Of a stretch of 64,000 nucleotides of DNA, positions 1 through 14,259 are shown piece after piece (the first letter of the stretch is position 1; each line of letters opens with the position of its first letter). The stretch lies in the NCBI GenBank assembly GCA_951406725.2, contig OX597815.1, positions 138,818,001-138,882,000 on the forward strand, written 5' to 3'. This DNA is from Octopus vulgaris (lineage: Eukaryota). A model generated the notes under the pieces. The model searched no databases. It worked only from the letters and a program-made list of their open reading frames with translations, and was not told the origin of the DNA. The position numbers and the translations under genes are program-made.

Positions 1-203
1 TCCTTGAAGTTTGCAAACCGTCATTGATTCCTTCCAAATTTCTAGAACGAGCTGTTCAACAGCAAAAAGGAATTTTTCATAGAAAAGCTTCCTAATGCTG
101 ATAAAAGTATATGGTTTTCAAGTACAAAAAAATCCCTTCAGCAGCATGCCAATGATTTTTTTTTATCTATAGCTAGTGATTTCGCATATTTATCAACCAT
201 TTC

Positions 204-545
204 AGGCGGCGAGCTGTCAGAAACGTTAGCACGTCGGGCGAAATGCTGAGCGGTATTTCGTCTGCCGCTACGCTCTGAGTTCAAATTCCGCCGAGGTCGA
301 TATAATCGACTTAATCCGTGTGTCTGTCCTTGTTTGTCCCCTCTGTGTTTAGCCCATTGTGGGTAGTAAAGAAATAGGCATTTCGTTTGACTTTACGTTC
401 TGAGTTCAAATTCCGCCGAGGTCGACTTTGCCTTTCATCCTTTCGAGGTCGATAAATTAAGTACCAATTGCATCCTAGACTCGATCTAATCGACTGGGCC
501 CATCCTGCCAAAATTTTGGCCTTGTGCCTAGAGTAGAAAAGAAAT
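204..545 (+). mobile_element. tRNA-derived SINE family A: one internally deleted copy plus one 5'-truncated copy
   Basis: Head aggcggcgagctgtcagaaacgttagc. B-box-like tgagttcaaattcc occurs twice (~276 and ~401). Central gaggtcgactttgcctttcatcctttcgaggtcgataaattaagtacc is also found inverted at 32.4-32.8 kb. Confidence 0.85.
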
Positions 546-2032
546 TCATCAAACATTTCGAATAGTTACTCTTTTATCGGCTAGCCATGGTATTTCACTA
601 GCATTATTCTTAAGTTCTTATTTCTGCATTTTTACCTCGAGTTAGCTCTGAGCTGATGACTATATCGCTTTCTTAAGACCGTAGACTGATGGAAAGATGG
701 AAAACTTTTCTGGTAAGTCGATCGAGCGCCTAAAGTAACCTCATTGCTTTATATTTCTAAACATTTTTGGTGATGTTTTGAAATCTCAAACAACTTTTTT
801 TGTTTCCCTCGATAGCAACACTACCACGCAGCGACCGAATCATTTGCAATTGAATATTTCGTGCAATTTTCTGCTACTATAGGGCCAAATCTGCATTGGT
901 GTTTCTCCTGATTCTCTCTTCGACAATACAATCCTGATACTCGATCCTAAAAAAATTAGCTTTGAAACAACACATCTTTAAACGACAAGGCACTGATTTT
1001 TCTTTAACACATCTTGAGTAAGTACTAAACACATTGGCAGATCATTACTTCATACATATGCAACCACCACCAATTAAATAAGCTACAAACCAAGAGAAAC
1101 TCAGAGTAAATCAATTACATTTGTGTATCAGTCCTGGTGAACATTCAGCGTAGTTGATGGCAATCCCGACTGGTTAATAACCCTCAGATTTTTTTGTTTT
1201 AACGTTATCGTTTATAGGTAAGATAAGAGGCAAATTTAACACTAAGATTATTCGAACTCAGAAGGCAAAGATTTGCAACGAAATGCATTGAGTAATGCTC
1301 CTCCATATTATACAGATTTTGTTATACCCAACACTTCTCAGCAAAGTCCGTCAGTAAATTGAATGTGTTTTATTTAATACTGAATTTCAGCGAGGTGTTA
1401 CATTTAACAGAAAAAGCTACTTCACAATGCTATAGATGTACTTCTTGAGGAAAAAAGCATCTTATAACACCATTATATAATGATTGATGTAAAAAAAGTA
1501 TGAAACTAACTGATTCATATATCTGTATACGAGTCTTCTGCAAAGTATGAAATACACATAGATGAAGACAGTCAAAAGAATTTTTATTATACATACATAT
1601 ATGCATACACACACACACACACACGCACATACACACATATACATACATACATGTACGTGTGTGCGTGTAGGTACATATGTATGTACGCATAGCTATACAT
1701 ACGTACATATATATATAACATAAATCATAATGTATATTATAGATATGCATATGTGTGTACGTGTGTGCGTGATATGCATGTGTGTGTTATTCGTCTTCTA
1801 TTAAAGCAACATTCTTTTCATTGGATTCAGGCATATCAAATTCATAAACACTACATATAGGATTTTACCAAGTATCATTGTGGCTCTCTGGACCATACGC
1901 TAGCTGAAGCCACCAAATGTATCTTTGTACTCTAATACGATGCTTAAAAGTTCGGAAAGCTAGAAGAGAAACTGATAGCTCCCACTGAAAAGAAAACAAA
2001 TCATAACACAAGTTTTTAATTTTTATCGACTA

Positions 2033-2429
2033 CTAGCAGTATCGCCCGGCGTTGCTCGGGTTTGTAAGGGGAATAACTATATAAGCATTTTTAGAGATGT
2101 AAAGTATAATAACCATCTCAATATGGCTAACCACAAAGTGGGGGGTGTTACTGTAGCTTTTTACGTTCTGAGATTTAATAATACATTTTTAGAGAGTTAC
2201 TTCCCTTATATATGCCAAAAATGCATTAAAAATGGAAAAAATTGATGGTAAATTTTTTTTTAAATCGTAGACTCATCGTAGACGCGCGATAATACTCAGA
2301 AGGGCTCGATATGAATCACGACTACAAGATACCCGGTTTTGGTTAAACTGCACCGCAAACTGTGGGAGTAGTTAGGAATCTAAATCGTAGGAGACAGACA
2401 GCACACAACCTTACATTTATATATAAAGA
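2033..2429 (-). mobile_element. Non-autonomous Helitron
   Basis: Minus strand reads A|TCTTTATATAT...cccgagcaacgccggg (hairpin)...CTAG|T: TC start, subterminal hairpin, CTAG end, inserted between A and T. Same 3' end at 27705. Confidence 0.8.
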
Positions 2430-2932
2430 TGTACGAGGTATCTTTCCATTAGAATACAATATGAGCTTCCTTATAAGAAGTGTTTATAAATTGATATTAC
2501 TTATGACCATACTAATTTGCTACACATCACGCCGCATCTCAATAACCCAGTATTCTTGAATATTTCTCTCGTCATCGCTCTTTCTCTCTCTGTCACGTCA
2601 TGTCATAAAATGTTACTGTGTTAAGAAAATTGTTTGTAGGTTGTCAACAGGCTCTATTGACATGTAACTTTGTTGCAATAAATATGTGACTTTCCCTGAA
2701 CGTCTGTCAGCCAGTTTCCATTCTCAATACATGTAAAGAATATGAGTAAATGAAATTGTAAAAGGAGTGAGATAGTTTAGGTCTGATCAGCTGTCTGTGA
2801 AAGTAAATGGATTTCCTTCGTATTCGAGGACGAGTATTCAATTGTTTCAGTAACTAACTACTCGTTGAATTAATGGGTAATTGGGCCAAACATTACGGAA
2901 ACACGTATTCAATTCACAGGTACAGTGAAGTG

Positions 2933-3325
2933 TAGAGGCGCAATGGCCCAGTGGTTAGGGCAGCGGACTCGCGGTCATAGGATCGCGGTTTCGATTCCCA
3001 GACCGGGTGTTGTGAGTGTTTATTGAGCGAAAACACCTAAAGCTCCACGAGGCTCCGGCAGAGGATGGTGGTGATCCCTGCTGTACTCTTTCACCACAAC
3101 TTTCTCTCACTCTTACTTCCTGTTTCTGTTGTACCTGTATTTCAAAGGGCCGGCTTTGTCACTCTCTGTGTCACGCTGAATATCCCCGAGAACTACGTTA
3201 AGGGTACACGTGTCTGTGGAGTGCTCAGCCACTTACACGTTAATTTCATGAGCAGGCTGTTCCGTTGTTTCGGATCAACCGGAACCCTCGTCGTCGTAAC
3301 CGACGGAATGCTTTCAAAAAAAAAA
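2933..3325 (+). mobile_element. tRNA-derived SINE family B, full length
   Basis: A box tggcccagtgg, B box ggtttcgattcc, tail gtcgtcgtaaccgacgg plus oligo-A. 11-bp TSD acagtgaagtg at 2922-2932 and 3326-3336. Confidence 0.9.
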
Positions 3326-4680
3326 ACAGTGAAGTGATTGTGTACGTGATGTACTCTTTGAATTATAGGTAGAATCATTCAAGCAGGTTTCCACACTATT
3401 TCTGCCGACTTAGTTTAACTCAAATAGCTTTGGTTAACACTACGCTATAGTATAAGAGTCCTATGTAAGTTGCCACCCATGTGAAATGAGCCCAGGACCA
3501 TTTAATTTCGAAGAGAGCTTCTTAATTATTCAGTCATCTTGGGTGAATGTGTGGAGCCTCTACATAGGTCAACAATGAGTTGTGGCACCCACATGTGAGA
3601 AGGTGCTGCTGCTATACACAAACCTTTATCTAAGGTCCACACTAAAATACTGAGTCTGCAACACATCATAGTTTGCATCTTGTGAATTGACAATTATTTA
3701 CTCACCAACAAAATGTTGACTTTGGCAGACACATGATCTTCAACTTCTAACTATCTTATCCAGAGATACTCTAATGGACTTTAGTCCCTTGATCTAGTAA
3801 GGTATGACTGTCAGCTGTGTCCACCCAATTCAATTGTCTATCCACTCCAAACCCATTACGAAGCAATTTGCATTACTTACTCTCGAGAACGTCAACTGTC
3901 GGAAATTTTCCACTTTATTGCCTATGGATGCTAATATATCTACACATGTTGAATTTGAACACGAACCAAACCGGTATAGGCAAATATCTAAGGTCTATTG
4001 GCATAAAAGATTTCCCAATATGGTTGTGAAAGTAGATATATATAAAGTGATGCAATAAGTAATATTGAAAGGAGAAAAAATCACTCCTGTTTTGAATAAT
4101 GTACGGACAGTCTTCCCGTGAAGTATCTAAATTATACGATAATATACAATTTCTATAAATGTAATAATTCACCTCCAAATGTTTTCTAGTCTTCATCGAA
4201 AAACATGCATAAAATTTGCAACATGTACTTCTCAAGTAAATATCATACAAATAGATTTTTATGAGATTTTCTCATGCTACTATGAAAATAGTGTTTCGAA
4301 ATTCCCAACATTCGACAAACTCTTTAACAAGTTTCTGAAAGACTTGCATTTATTTTAGCATACTTTATTTTATTATCATCGAACAAGATAATAATTATCG
4401 GAAATAATTGGTATGTTGATGTGAGAATTATCGACTTCTGACAGCAAGAGTAAATATTGCCTGCAGCAGCTTTAAGTGCATTTCATAGCATTGACTATTT
4501 TAGATAATCAACGGACATGTTTAGTATTCAAAGTGAATGAAATCTTCGCTTCTGCTCATTAAATGACATAAGCACGTGCTTTGAATATACATACATACAA
4601 ACATACATAAATGCATACACACACACATACATACATAAATACATACATACATACACACACACTCACGGACACGCATATAT

Positions 4681-4727
<47 letters not shown>

Positions 4728-5897
4728 TGTATATGTATATATATATATCTATGTGTGCATGTGAATTTATATATGAACAATATATGTGTGTACGTATGTA
4801 AGTGTGTGTAACGTTATATACAACACGCACATATGCAAATTTCCATTTGATAAATTTTCATATTTGTTATTTTACTTTCTTTTTAAATATAAAAATCTGA
4901 ATATCGAGCTTATATAAATATTTTATAGGAAAACATATTATATGTTCTATTAGTTAGAAGTATGTTATTGCATTAACTTAAATCATAACATTTTTCTGGA
5001 GAAAAATAAACAAATATAAAGTAAAGAGGTGATAATAACGAACTGTAAATAGGCAAAATAATTTCAGTCATAAGGTGTCAGTTAAATAAAGTAGCCGTAA
5101 TAGCTGAAGTGAATTTATGAGCAATCATAGTTATTTTATTCTATCTTGGGCCCCACGAAGAATATTTAAAGCAAGAATGTGGACATCATTCAGTGTGAAG
5201 TGATTCACATACAGCTACATTTAATGTGGAAACTCAATAATTTACCATTCTAACATCTTTATGAAATGATGTATCACTAGGGCAATAGATCTTTCATAAA
5301 TATCTTCGAAAGCCAACAGACTATTTCATGTTTTTAGTTAATTATCCGTACTTAATGTTTTACCATCACAGTCCATGCATTTCGATATTATTCTTCCAGT
5401 GCTGATCATAGTAGTATATGTGAAATTGTGACTATTTACATATCTAACAAATATAAACTTCAGCATACATAATAATCACTCGTATGTATTGATGGATAAA
5501 TGCACAAATAAACGATTTTCTTCCATTTTCCCACGTTGCCACACTTCTAATAGGAATTTTTTTCATGGTCTTCAATGCTGAGCGTTTCATAATCTTAAAT
5601 ATCTGTCTCTCACTAGTTTTCTACTAGTTTTTTTCTATATCTTTTAATTTAAAATCGTATGCTTTAAGTATACAAATATTCCCTAAATAGTGTTTAGCGC
5701 ACTATTTTGCGTTAATACAGTGACAACTCACGAATAAAATGCATTAGTCGCGTTCGTAATGTATGTTTAGATATGAATTATTGAATACACAAAATTCTTC
5801 ACTTTAACTGCCAAAAGGCTTAACCGCTTGATCTCTACATCAATGTACTTGGCTTAGTCCTAACAGTTCATCGGAATATATTTAGTTAATGTCTTAC

Positions 5898-5989
5898 TTA
5901 ATTTAACGTTGTAGTCGTCTGGCTTCCAGGCCAGACTTTGCTGACAGTTCCTCCATGAGTAATCTGTTCTTTTCCAGGGAATTGTCCAT
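5898..5989 (-). CDS. Candidate host exon, product unknown
   Basis: Non-repetitive, higher-GC 92-nt island bounded by tgtacctccag| and |gtaaga on the minus strand. Phase 0 reads MDNSLEKNRLLMEELSAKSGLEARRLQR*; another frame (WTIPWKRTDYSW...) is fully open. No homology recognised. Confidence 0.35.
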
Positions 5990-7149
5990 CTGGAGGTACA
6001 GTATTGAACGTGTCTCTCTCTTATGAGAGATGAATTTAATTTACTATATGTAACATGGTAAACAATCACAGAAAGAACCCTTTATTGACTCATAAACGGA
6101 AAGTCTAAAGGAGAATGAATGGTACATACATTAATGTATTTTTCATAAATCTGGATTAAGCTTTAACTTTGAGGATGATGCATGGTCAGTATTTGACAGT
6201 ATTCTGTACTTCGTTTACGACATCATGTTTGATGATAAATATTTCAGACACCCTACTTCTATTTGGCACCATCTTTGACACCTGAATTCTTGTGATAAAT
6301 CCAAGTATAAAAGGATTTTCATTTTCTTTTGTAATTCTCCGAATACATTATAATGCGATAACATATGTACATATCAAATGTTTTCACGTGTTAAGTATAT
6401 GTTTGGGCGTTTTTAAAGAAAAACACAATTGACATGTTTCAATTTAATTGTTAGCTGCTGAAAAATATTTTGAAAATTAAAATGTCATGTGGTTATCCTT
6501 TCGATATATTTTGAACTGCTTGCTAACGTAATTAATTATATCTGGAAGAAATTGTGTTGCTATTGGAGCGCATTTCCATCCCATTTTATCTCTGATGTGT
6601 AAAACATATGATTGCTTTGTGGATATATGTTCCACTTGGCACCGGCTATTAAATGAGCCAAGTCTGAGTGGCGTAAATGATGTAGTGCGCAAAGCCTCTT
6701 ACTTTGGCGTTAAAAATGTGAATATTAATAATAAATGCTATATGGGCTGAACGATATAAAATATTTATAAAAACGCCTGTATCAGTAGTTATAGCACCCA
6801 GTTAGCGCACGTTTTAAAGTTGGTCTTACATAATAATGCAAGACTAATGATCAGAACGGAAACTTCGTGTACATACATATTTGCAGATGCTAGGAACCTT
6901 TCGACTTACTAAAGTTTGAAAGAACATAATCAAAGCCAAAGCCGGCCTAGCTTCATCCTGGCTCCACTATCCAGTTATTGTATTATTAATAATAAAATAT
7001 AGTATCATAGTTGTATATTCCAAGGAGATAATCTTTATGATGCTGCTACATTTTCAGTAAATCATTTGTCGTTCAAGTTGAGGAATTCTGAAGTGTAACT
7101 CAATGGTACCAAAGTTGTATACTACTACTGTGAATATGACTTGAAGATG

Positions 7150-8122
7150 TACGCGAGGAATATGCAGGAGGTAATGGAGACCCATGGCCTGGTTACATTT
7201 TCAAACAATATAGGATTGGAGTTTGGTTAAGATACAGGGGAAAATGTAAGCCAGACTAACAGCGTCTGTATCAATAACATGATTGTTTCTCTGCATTCCA
7301 GTCGCATTGAGACCTCCTTAGGCGAGGCAGTTACAACTGTCCTAGATTATTGTGAGTTTAGTATATCATTATATATATGTAATAATCTGATGTGTCAACT
7401 TTTGTTATTACAGATTGAAAGGGGCACTTCGGACACACCCTGCGACAAACTGCTCATCACAGCTGACTAAATTGCAAGGAACAATCATTGCAAGGAACAA
7501 GACATTTTGTAAGTTCGCCATGCAATAAAGTTTTGTATTAAATTGGGCAAAAATGCTACAAAAGCATGAAATGCTCTATATTGTTTACGGTTGAATTTAT
7601 ATGAGGCAAACAATTGCTTTTCGCTGGTACAAGAGATTAGGCAAAGCAAGTTCACCGGGAAGAATATGATGATCTCCTACTTCGACAAGAGTATCATCTA
7701 CACCCACTGGGTTCCCTTTGAACAAACGATCAACGAAGAGTGTTTCGTGGAGATTTTGATGGAGTTGTAAAAGATATTTCGTCGCAAAAAGCCAGAGCAC
7801 CCGCACCAGGACAATGCACGAATCTACAGTTCCATCTTGGCAACCAACCAAAGCTATTCCTCATTCTCCCTACAGTGTCCACGCTGCATGTGAACTTCAG
7901 GGAAAGTCGTTTTGAAGACATTGAAAACATCGAAGGAGGCTGCGACACCAGTCCCTGGACACATTCACTTTGGAGGTCTTCCATAGCGCGTTCACGAAAT
8001 AGCTGGATTGGTACAAGTGCACTGAAGTCGGATGATCCTATTTTGAAGGATAATGAGTTTGGGATTTCTTTGAAATTAATAAGCACCGAAAAAGTCTCAA
8101 TACTCCTGGGATGCACCTTGTA
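7150..8122 (+). mobile_element. Decayed, internally deleted mariner transposon
   Basis: Fragments translate to VRHAIKFCIKLGKNAT, FRWYKR, IIYTHWVP, HQDNA and HSPYS (HPPYSPDL-like). Right TIR gtctcaatactcctgggatgcaccttgTA; degenerate left TIR TAcgcgaggaatatgcaggaggtaatggagac. Confidence 0.8.
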
Positions 8123-8129
8123 CCTAAGG

Positions 8130-8905
8130 TAGATGAACACTTGTCTTACGACGGTGCCTGTAGCATGTTACTAAAGAACATTCTAGCCAGATAAAAACCA
8201 ATGAAACCGCAGATCTCTCTTCATGCAATAAAACAGTGTTCCAAAATGTGTTTGCAGTACAAGTACTCATACTAACCTCTGGGCAATTGGAATGGATGCT
8301 TGATAATATTCGTGCTATTGATGTAAGAATCGTAAAAATGCCGACACAAATAATTTTCACAGTGACGTCGACCGCCTCCGTCTACAGCAAAACCAAGGAT
8401 ACAGGGGCTTAATATAGATTAAGACCACTTTGAAATGTCACATCATATCCCATCGGCAAGATCTTTTAACTGGCAAGTGTGAAAGTGAATCCACTGATCA
8501 TGTTGACATACACGAGGCAGATATCATTCTGAAACATTGAAAACTGGTCCCCAAGAAATATTCCTTGTGTGACAACTTTGAATGATGCCCAAATAATTTG
8601 CCTGACTCTACCGCAAGGTATCAAATAATAGAATAAATGCATACCAGCAGAAGATCATGCATGGATTTGTTTGCAGAAAACTCTGGGATGACAGCAACAT
8701 TGATAATCAAATCAGAGTGTCTTTGACCAACAACCGGATCATTAATTCTCACTTTGAAGGGTATGAGTTTGCAATGAGCAGGAAATAGCAACCAATTTCC
8801 TGATTCACAAATTCGAGAAAACACAGGAATAACACCGAAATGTGATAAGTGATGCAAACTATGTGGAGTTAAAAGCGAAGATACCAGCCACATCATAATC
8901 AGTTG
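8130..8905 (+). mobile_element. Decayed RLE-type (R4/NeSL-like) LINE fragment, post-RT region to zinc knuckle
   Basis: Translates to DVDRLRLQQNQGYRGL, SHFEGYEFA and CKLCGVKSEDTSHIIISC (CCHC knuckle), with stops and frameshifts. Confidence 0.7.
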
Positions 8906-10066
8906 TAGTCACGTTATCATGAAACGATGAGACGTGATGTAGCAAAACCTTTGTACATTAAGATCCGCCAGAAGAATATTCTTGAAAGCAAATATATAAG
9001 AACCCAAATATATAAGATACCAAATATATAAGAAGAGAAAAAAGAATATAAAGACAATTATTCTACAATGACCAGTTTGATTATGGCTTCTACGTTCAGA
9101 AGGAAAGTAATTCATTTTTACTTTCTTTACTTTTTCTGCTTTTATTCATCCTTCTACCCTTTGCATCACCCTTCTCGTTTTTTTCTCTCTCGTGGTTTCT
9201 CATGTGCCAGTGTCCTAAGTTTCAAATATACCAGAGCATGTACTCAGAGCCCGATGATTACTTAGAGACACAAGGCACATTATAAAAACCTTCCTAGATA
9301 CGTGTTTTAACAGCAATAAACTATTACTAGCTCTGTTTTTATACCGTGTACATTAAATGATATTTATCCCTCATGGCAAAAATTAAGCAATTGCCTTATG
9401 CAGATGTCTTCACAGATCGTGTGTGTGAGAAGTCTTGTGTGAGTGGGGATTTTTGTTTCATAAATGCTTTTTAGTTTTGTCTGCGAAAATATATACTTAA
9501 GGCGATTGCATAATCTTTACCATGCATACACTTAAAGATATGAAGAATGGCTTATAACGATGTTGACATCTTACCTTCTTAACAATGTTCATTAAAACAG
9601 TTTCGAGGATCGTCTAGTATCCGAGGCGGGAACTTTTGGTATTTGAAGTCGAACTTGTTTGCAGGGGTAGTGGTGAATTCTAGAAGTTTTTCTAGCGCAA
9701 ACGCTTGATGATGCTTTCAGGTTTCACCGTGAGCCCCATGATATTTAGATATTCTTCAAAGAATATGACAGTGGTTGTGTCTCTTTCGGAAAGTTTTAAC
9801 CAGACGTTTGTGGATGGGGCTCAACAGGGGCTACGCAGACAACACAACCTATGCATCCTCTATATCCGCATCCATAAACGTAGTGTGCCCACATAAGCAC
9901 ACACGCAATCACACATCCATGTAGGCACAAACATCAAACCTCCCTTGCCCCAAACCATCAAACCTCAGTCCTATGGTTAGTGGCGCAACACTAGCATATA
10001 CCTGTCACACCCACACACATAAATACATAAAGCATACACCTGTATAAGTCCATGCGTGTATATCAT

Positions 10067-10695
10067 TGTTTAGTTTTATTTCAGGATTTCTTGCCAATAA
10101 GGAAAGTATCAGTTTCTAACCTAGATCCAAAGTTCCTTGGAATTTCAACATCAACAAGGTATTTTTGTTTTTATGTATGTATGTATGTATGTATGTATGT
10201 ATGTATGTATGTATGTATGTATGTATGTATGTATGTATGTACGTACGTATGTATGTATGTATGTATGTATGTATGCATATATGCGGGCAGATTTTTATGC
10301 TTTGCTTTATGTATGTATTCTCATGCATATAGCTACATTTCTAGACATGCTCATATATATGCAAATGCTTAACATCTGGAAAGTTTTACAGGTTTTTACA
10401 ATTCCAGCGATGTACTGGATCTGTAGTCTTCGAAATAGCTTTCTCTTTTCTGGTTTTGAGAAGCCTGATTTCTCAAGATTGGTATTTAGGCAGTGTGTTA
10501 CATATCCCAGGGCCCCAATAATTAAAGGTATAAACCTGGCCTTCTAATCTGGGTAGAGTAACTGCAGATTTCTCAATATTTCAGCGCAGGTATACGCTTT
10601 TTCATTGTCTCTAGCTTTATGCTAACGACCGCTGGGCAGTTAATTTCCACGTCTATACACAATTTCTCTCCTCTATCCCAAATTATTATATCAGG
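10067..10695 (-). mobile_element. RLE-type LINE 3' end (family 2), 5'-truncated
   Basis: Minus strand PDIIIWDRGEKLCIDVEINCP...LQLLYPD...FIPLIIGALGYV is a PD-(D/E)xK restriction-like endonuclease. The 3' UTR contains an expanded (CATA)n tract. Confidence 0.8.
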
Positions 10696-11045
<350 letters not shown>

Positions 11046-11775
11046 ATACATACCACCCATAAACACATGCACGTACCCGTGTATGTTCTCTCAGACAAAC
11101 ACGCTTGCTCGAAAACACTCATGTAATCATACGTTTACACAAAAACGCGAAAATGCACATACATGCGCGCACATGCACACATGCACCCACACACACAGAA
11201 TGCATATACGCAATAACACACCCATAACCGCCCATTTATAGATCTGGTATATATACACACACACTCACTGGTCCTGATTCTGCCAGCTTCCAGACACTTA
11301 GACGTCAGAGGCTTCCTCTTCTCAACAGCATCCTCTCACAACACCATGTGATCTGCCTTCTTGCAGTGTCTCTTCATTCGATAATCTGAACTTGAAAGAG
11401 CTACGGCGTCAGTGGCATCGAACCGTACCAAGCTGTTTCAAATAATAATGCAGGTAACTCCTCGATGTGTTGAGTGACTCGATTGCCCTCTTTCGAACCA
11501 TACTGAGAGTAACATGATTATGCACTTGCTGTCCATATGTCAGAAAAGTGCTGAATCTAAAAGAAAAATTTATTGTTTATACACTTATATCGGCAACCAT
11601 TTTATTTCTGCGTGTGGAATATAATGGTTAAAAAGTTTATCGACGGTTTTGTGCGATCAATTACTCACTGTGTCTGAAGAGTCGTCAATATTGCCAAGCG
11701 CGATAGTTAGCGCAAAAACGTCGATAACAATTTGACCGATTATATGCCATAATCACGAATATATTGCTCAACTAT

Positions 11776-11826
<51 letters not shown>

Positions 11827-11830
<4 letters not shown>

Positions 11831-12260
11831 GTTTATTTCAAGATTTCTTGCCAAAAGAGGAAGAACCGGTTTCTAACCTAGGTTAAAGTTTCCTTCATTG
11901 GAATTTCAACATCAACTATAGGTTATTTTTGTTTGTATGTATGCATGTATGTATTGTGTATGTATGTATGTATGTATGTTTTATGTTTGTATTCTCATGG
12001 ATATAGTTACATATCTAGACATGCTCATATATATTTAGATGAGAAACTTCTGCAAAGTTTTACAGATTTTTACAATTCCAGTCTTCGAATTAGCTTTCTC
12101 CATTCTGCTTTTCAGAAGCCTAATTTCACAAGATTGGTATTTAGGCAGTGTGTTATATATCCCAGGGCCCCAATAATTATGGTATAAACCTGAACTTGTA
12201 ATCTGGATAGAGTAACTACAGATTTCTTAATAGTTCAGCATAGGTGTTCTTATTTTCACT
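11827..12260 (-). mobile_element. Second copy of the RLE LINE family-2 3' end
   Basis: Clearly similar to 10067-10610 (e.g. caagattggtatttaggcagtgtgtta, tatcccagggcccc). Its 3' end abuts (TA)n. Confidence 0.85.
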
Positions 12261-12629
12261 GATAGGAAAGCTGGAGGAGATGGAGGACTACCCAGCATTT
12301 ATTAGCTGGTGAAATTAATGAGATTTTGTAAAACAGGGTGCAAGCAAATAACTATGTGGCATAGTTCGTGACAAAATGAAATATGTAATCATGCAGACGA
12401 TAAAAGCTTAACTCTGAAACATTCGTCTTAATATGAGAAAACCGCTCTTCATGCAATTTATTTCGTTGTTAGTGTAATGGGTTTTTCACGCAGCTATTAC
12501 TGTCAACTGGCGCTGAAATACATAATTAATATCAAAGTACCGTTTTTAATACTTTCAAATTTTAGAAATAGAGAAAGATCTCTCTCTGAGCAAACAGTAC
12601 AAAGTATAAGAAAAATTGACGAAGATGCA

Positions 12630-13030
12630 GACATCGTTGTGAAGTTAAGAAATACGCTTTGTAACCATGTGATTTTGGGTTCAGTTTCACGGCGCAGCAA
12701 ATTGGGAGAGTGACTTGCACTGTAACCCTGTGCTGATAAATGATTTTTGAGTGAATTCGGCAGATGGAACCTTTCTGGAAACCTGTCGTGTATGCACACA
12801 CACACAGACACAGACACAGACACACACATACACACACACACGCACATACTTGTGTGTGCGTGCGTGCGTTTGTGTTTGTCTCACCAACCACTTGACAACA
12901 GGTGTTGGTTTGTTTATGTCATCGTAATTTAGTTCTACAAAATAGCGCCGATAATATATATGTTCTGAAGTTAATTTGTTCGATTAAATCTTTCAACGCG
13001 AAAACTCAGTTTGGCAGCATTCCATTGAAG
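12630..13030 (+). mobile_element. Degenerate SINE family C
   Basis: Head ttgtgaagttaagaaatacgctttgtaaccatgtgattttgggttcagtttcac, internal (CA)/(TG) tract and cttgacaacaggtgttggtttgtttatgtc, paralleling 60458-60860. Confidence 0.7.
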
Positions 13031-13126
13031 GAAACGAGTAAAAGATAAAACACAGAAAGAAATCACAGAGAAACAACAGTAGTATTAGAGAATGACGAAA
13101 ATCGACGACGATTTCAGTATTATAAG

Positions 13127-13168
13127 TGGCACCCACGATTTGCTGATCGTGGGTGCCATTAAGCTAAT
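13127..13168 (+). mobile_element. Isolated Helitron-like 3' terminus with a 13-bp GC-rich hairpin
   Basis: tggcacccacgat-ttgctg-atcgtgggtgcca followed by ttaagCTAAt, paralleling the hairpin plus ttaagCTAGt at 24275-24304. Confidence 0.55.
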
Positions 13169-13909
13169 ATAAAAAAACCCAAAAATATCCTAACAGAGAG
13201 TGATTAATTAAATTTCTTATTTCTGGGAGCGTTCATACTCCTACAGACATGTATTGTTTCAGATCTTTCGGTTTTAAGGAATCTTGTATCTTAAATATCT
13301 AAATATATGATGGAACCTCGTTCGATTTGTAACAAATAGGAATCAAATTTTTCAGATCATATCTTAAAACTAGGACGGGCACGCGCTGGATAATGTAGTC
13401 CAAGACACATCTAAGGTACGATATAATCAGAGCTTTAATGTTTTTGGCTTTAAGTAAGGGCTAATCTAGGGTTAAACAACAAGGGAACGAGAAACGACAG
13501 GAAGATACATACAATGAAAAATGAGAGAAGTAAATATTATTCGTTCCTTCTTCCCTATATATTTTCGTCTCCAAATATAGGTTCTCAGTTTTCTTTTACA
13601 CTTTTAAGAATATTTGCAAAGGATCGGATACTTGCACTTTAATAAAAAAACGTCTCTAGGATGCATACGGGCTTATGTAACCAGAACTGGTTGTGTTTAT
13701 GTAGCATTTAAACAAAGTGACTTTACATGAATCCTACCCGAAGAAGGCGCGAGTACGTTGTGTAGTGAAACCTCAAGCTTCTGTTGGAACTAGAAAGGAA
13801 GAGTTTTGTTCAAGAACGCAATCCACTACCCGGTTCGAAAATCGAGCATACGGCCTAACAATCGTGAATCCAACACTCTAAACAATAGGCTGCTTTAGTT
13901 TGTGCAGAG

Positions 13910-14259
13910 GAGGCGCAATGGCCCAGTAGTTAGGGCAGTAGATTCGCTGTTATCGATTCCCAGACCAGGTGTTATGAGTGTTTATTGATCTAAAACACCT
14001 AAAGCTCCACGATTCTCCGGCAGAGAGGTGGCGAACCCTGTTGTAGTCTTTGAACACCCTTTCTTCCTGTTTCTGTTGTACCCGTATTTCAAAGGGCCAG
14101 CTTTGTCACATTCTGTGTCACGCTGAATCCCTCCGAGAACTACCTTAAGGGTCCCTTTTCTGTGGCGTGCTCAGCCACTTGCACGTTAACTTCACGAGCA
14201 GGTTGTTCTGTTGATAGGTTCAACCGAAAAACTTGTCGTCGTCAACGACGGAGAGCCAC
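13910..14259 (+). mobile_element. SINE family B copy
   Basis: Collinear with 2933-3312 (gaggcgcaatggcccagt...aaaacacctaaagctccacg...gtcgtcgtcaacgacgg). Imperfect TSD tagtttgtg/tagtttctg. Confidence 0.9.

Noticed and set aside
2935-3005. SINE heads (also 13910, 23109, 29200, 60458, 60861, 61167) as tRNA genes
   Set aside because: They have A/B boxes but no complete cloverleaf, and they continue into repeat bodies.
8130-10695. A single LINE inverted by twin priming
   Set aside because: The inverted 5' part would have to lie beyond 10695, not on the 3' side of the minus-strand copy.
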